64,000 nt of DNA from Acidobacteriota bacterium. Its GTDB lineage: Bacteria; Acidobacteriota; UBA6911; RPQK01; JAJDTT01. The number at the start of each line of letters is the position of its first letter. Position 1 is the first letter of the stretch. The stretch lies in NCBI GenBank assembly GCA_965217775.1, contig CBDCJH010000002.1, positions 2,560,001-2,624,000 of the forward strand. The letters are read 5' to 3'. Shown here one piece after another: positions 62,973 to 64,000 of the stretch. The notes below the pieces were generated by a model. It saw only the letters and a list, made by a program, of their open reading frames with translations. It was not told the origin of the DNA and did no database searches. A program made the position numbers and the translations under genes.

Positions 62973-64000
62973 CTAGTTGGCGACCCAGTTGTAGCCTTCG
63001 CCCCGGGATATGAAGGGACCCCAGGGGCGCTTGTCCAGTACCTGTTCGGCGAGCCGCAGGAAGTTTCCGCCGATGATCTTCCGGATTTCGTCATCGCCGA
63101 GTCCGCGGCAAACCAGTCCCACCGTGAAGTAGGGCCAGTTGCTCCAGGACATGGGCCGGGGTGGGTCGTCCGGCGTAAAAGTCACGTTCGAGGGGATGCC
63201 CACGTGGTCAATGCCGGCCACCTTGATGGCGTGTTCCAGGTGGGGGAACCAGGCATTGAAGGAAAAATTGGAGTCCGGATCGTGAGAGAAGTCTGCGGCC
63301 ATGATGCCCGCGACACCCCCCTTCCGAGCCAAAGTACGAAGATAGTCGTCGTCTTCGTTCTTGTAGTAGTCGTCGACCGCCCGGCAGGCCGTGTGGGCGT
63401 TCATGACCGGTTCGCTGGAGGCCTCGATGGCATCCAGCCCCGAGCGGTGGCCGCAATGGGCCAGATTGACGATCATTCCCAACTCGTTCATCCGGCGAAC
63501 CACCCGCCTGCCGAGCAAGCTGAGTCCTTTGTCTCTCTCTCCGTCGAATTCGTCCGAGGAGGCCAGACTGTTCTTCTCGTGAGATGTCAACTGGGAGACA
63601 CGGACTCCCAGGGCAAAGAAGAGATCCAGGGTCTGAAGCGGATCGGGAGTCATGGCGAACCAGTTGGCGCCATGGAGGTGCAGGAGTACGGCGACCTTTT
63701 CGTCCCGCCGGGCTGCATCCAGGTCGTCCACCCCCGATACCCGCCGGGCGTCGGCCTTGATCTTGTCGTAAACGAACCCGGCCCGTGCCGTGTGCTGGAG
63801 ACCGGCGCGGAAGCTGGGTTCATGGAAGTGCCCCACATCTTCCACCGCCAGGTCCATGCCGGCCAGGCGATACAGGTTCCGGTAATCCTCCCGCCATTGG
63901 GGGTCGAAGGCCGATTCAAAGGCCTTCATGTCCCGCCACCGGTTGAGCACCCGTTGCTGGATCTCGTCCCGGTCCGGACCCGCCCGCTCCAGCTTGTTTC
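62973..64000 (-). CDS. Membrane (renal) dipeptidase family M19 / amidohydrolase-fold protein, 5'-partial
   Basis: LGVRVSQLT, GLSLLGRRVVRRMNELGMIVNLAH, PVMNAHT, KGGVAGI, AGIDHVGI, EIRKIIGGNFLR; frame stays open from 63950 to the window edge. Confidence 0.85.
   Translation of the reverse strand, partial: NKLERAGPDRDEIQQRVLNRWRDMKAFESAFDPQWREDYRNLYRLAGMDLAVEDVGHFHEPSFRAGLQHTARAGFVYDKIKADARRVSGVDDLDAARRDEKVAVLLHLHGANWFAMTPDPLQTLDLFFALGVRVSQLTSHEKNSLASSDEFDGERDKGLSLLGRRVVRRMNELGMIVNLAHCGHRSGLDAIEASSEPVMNAHTACRAVDDYYKNEDDDYLRTLARKGGVAGIMAADFSHDPDSNFSFNAWFPHLEHAIKVAGIDHVGIPSNVTFTPDDPPRPMSWSNWPYFTVGLVCRGLGDDEIRKIIGGNFLRLAEQVLDKRPWGPFISRGEGYNWVAN

Overview
GC-rich bacterial window. The domain repertoire resembles host-associated Acidobacteria, but that is inference only. 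It is dominated by a head-to-tail array of four giant minus-strand genes: G1 (<1..17238, >=5746 aa, runs off the window and is absent from the ORF track), G2 (17561..28831), G3 (29785..43656) and G4 (47283..59900). All four share a C-terminal chassis of 6.5-8 tandem ~226-aa Ig-like+SwmB-type units, a Calx-beta-like domain, a pure 34-38-Pro tract and FN3. G2-G4 end in a duplicated ~240-aa unassigned domain terminating RIFTTLPVVPIQR; the G1 terminus is off-window. Their N-terminal payloads differ and are shuffled: S8/S53-like protease, M12B metalloprotease-like, LRR, GLUG-type beta-helix modules, spondin_N, PQQ sugar dehydrogenase, arylsulfotransferase and cadherins. Several enzyme domains have altered catalytic residues. 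Each gene has its own copy of a promoter block with a sigma70 -10 box and four RTGAWAT boxes at fixed 11/20/11-bp spacing. The divergent neighbouring gene encodes a single-chain cytoplasmic GAF-PAS-HisKA-HATPase-REC-OmpR-type winged-helix regulator, the likely cognate factor. Also present: a separately encoded protease-prodomain-like gene coupled to G2, GTAG-type REP clusters in three leaders, a 3.2-kb IS481 element carrying decayed IS21 cargo inserted in a REP loop between G3 and its promoter, a 159-bp MITE at the stop codon of a dipeptidase-like gene, and that partial M19-family gene. Domain names come from motif recognition by eye, not database searches, and domain boundaries are approximate.
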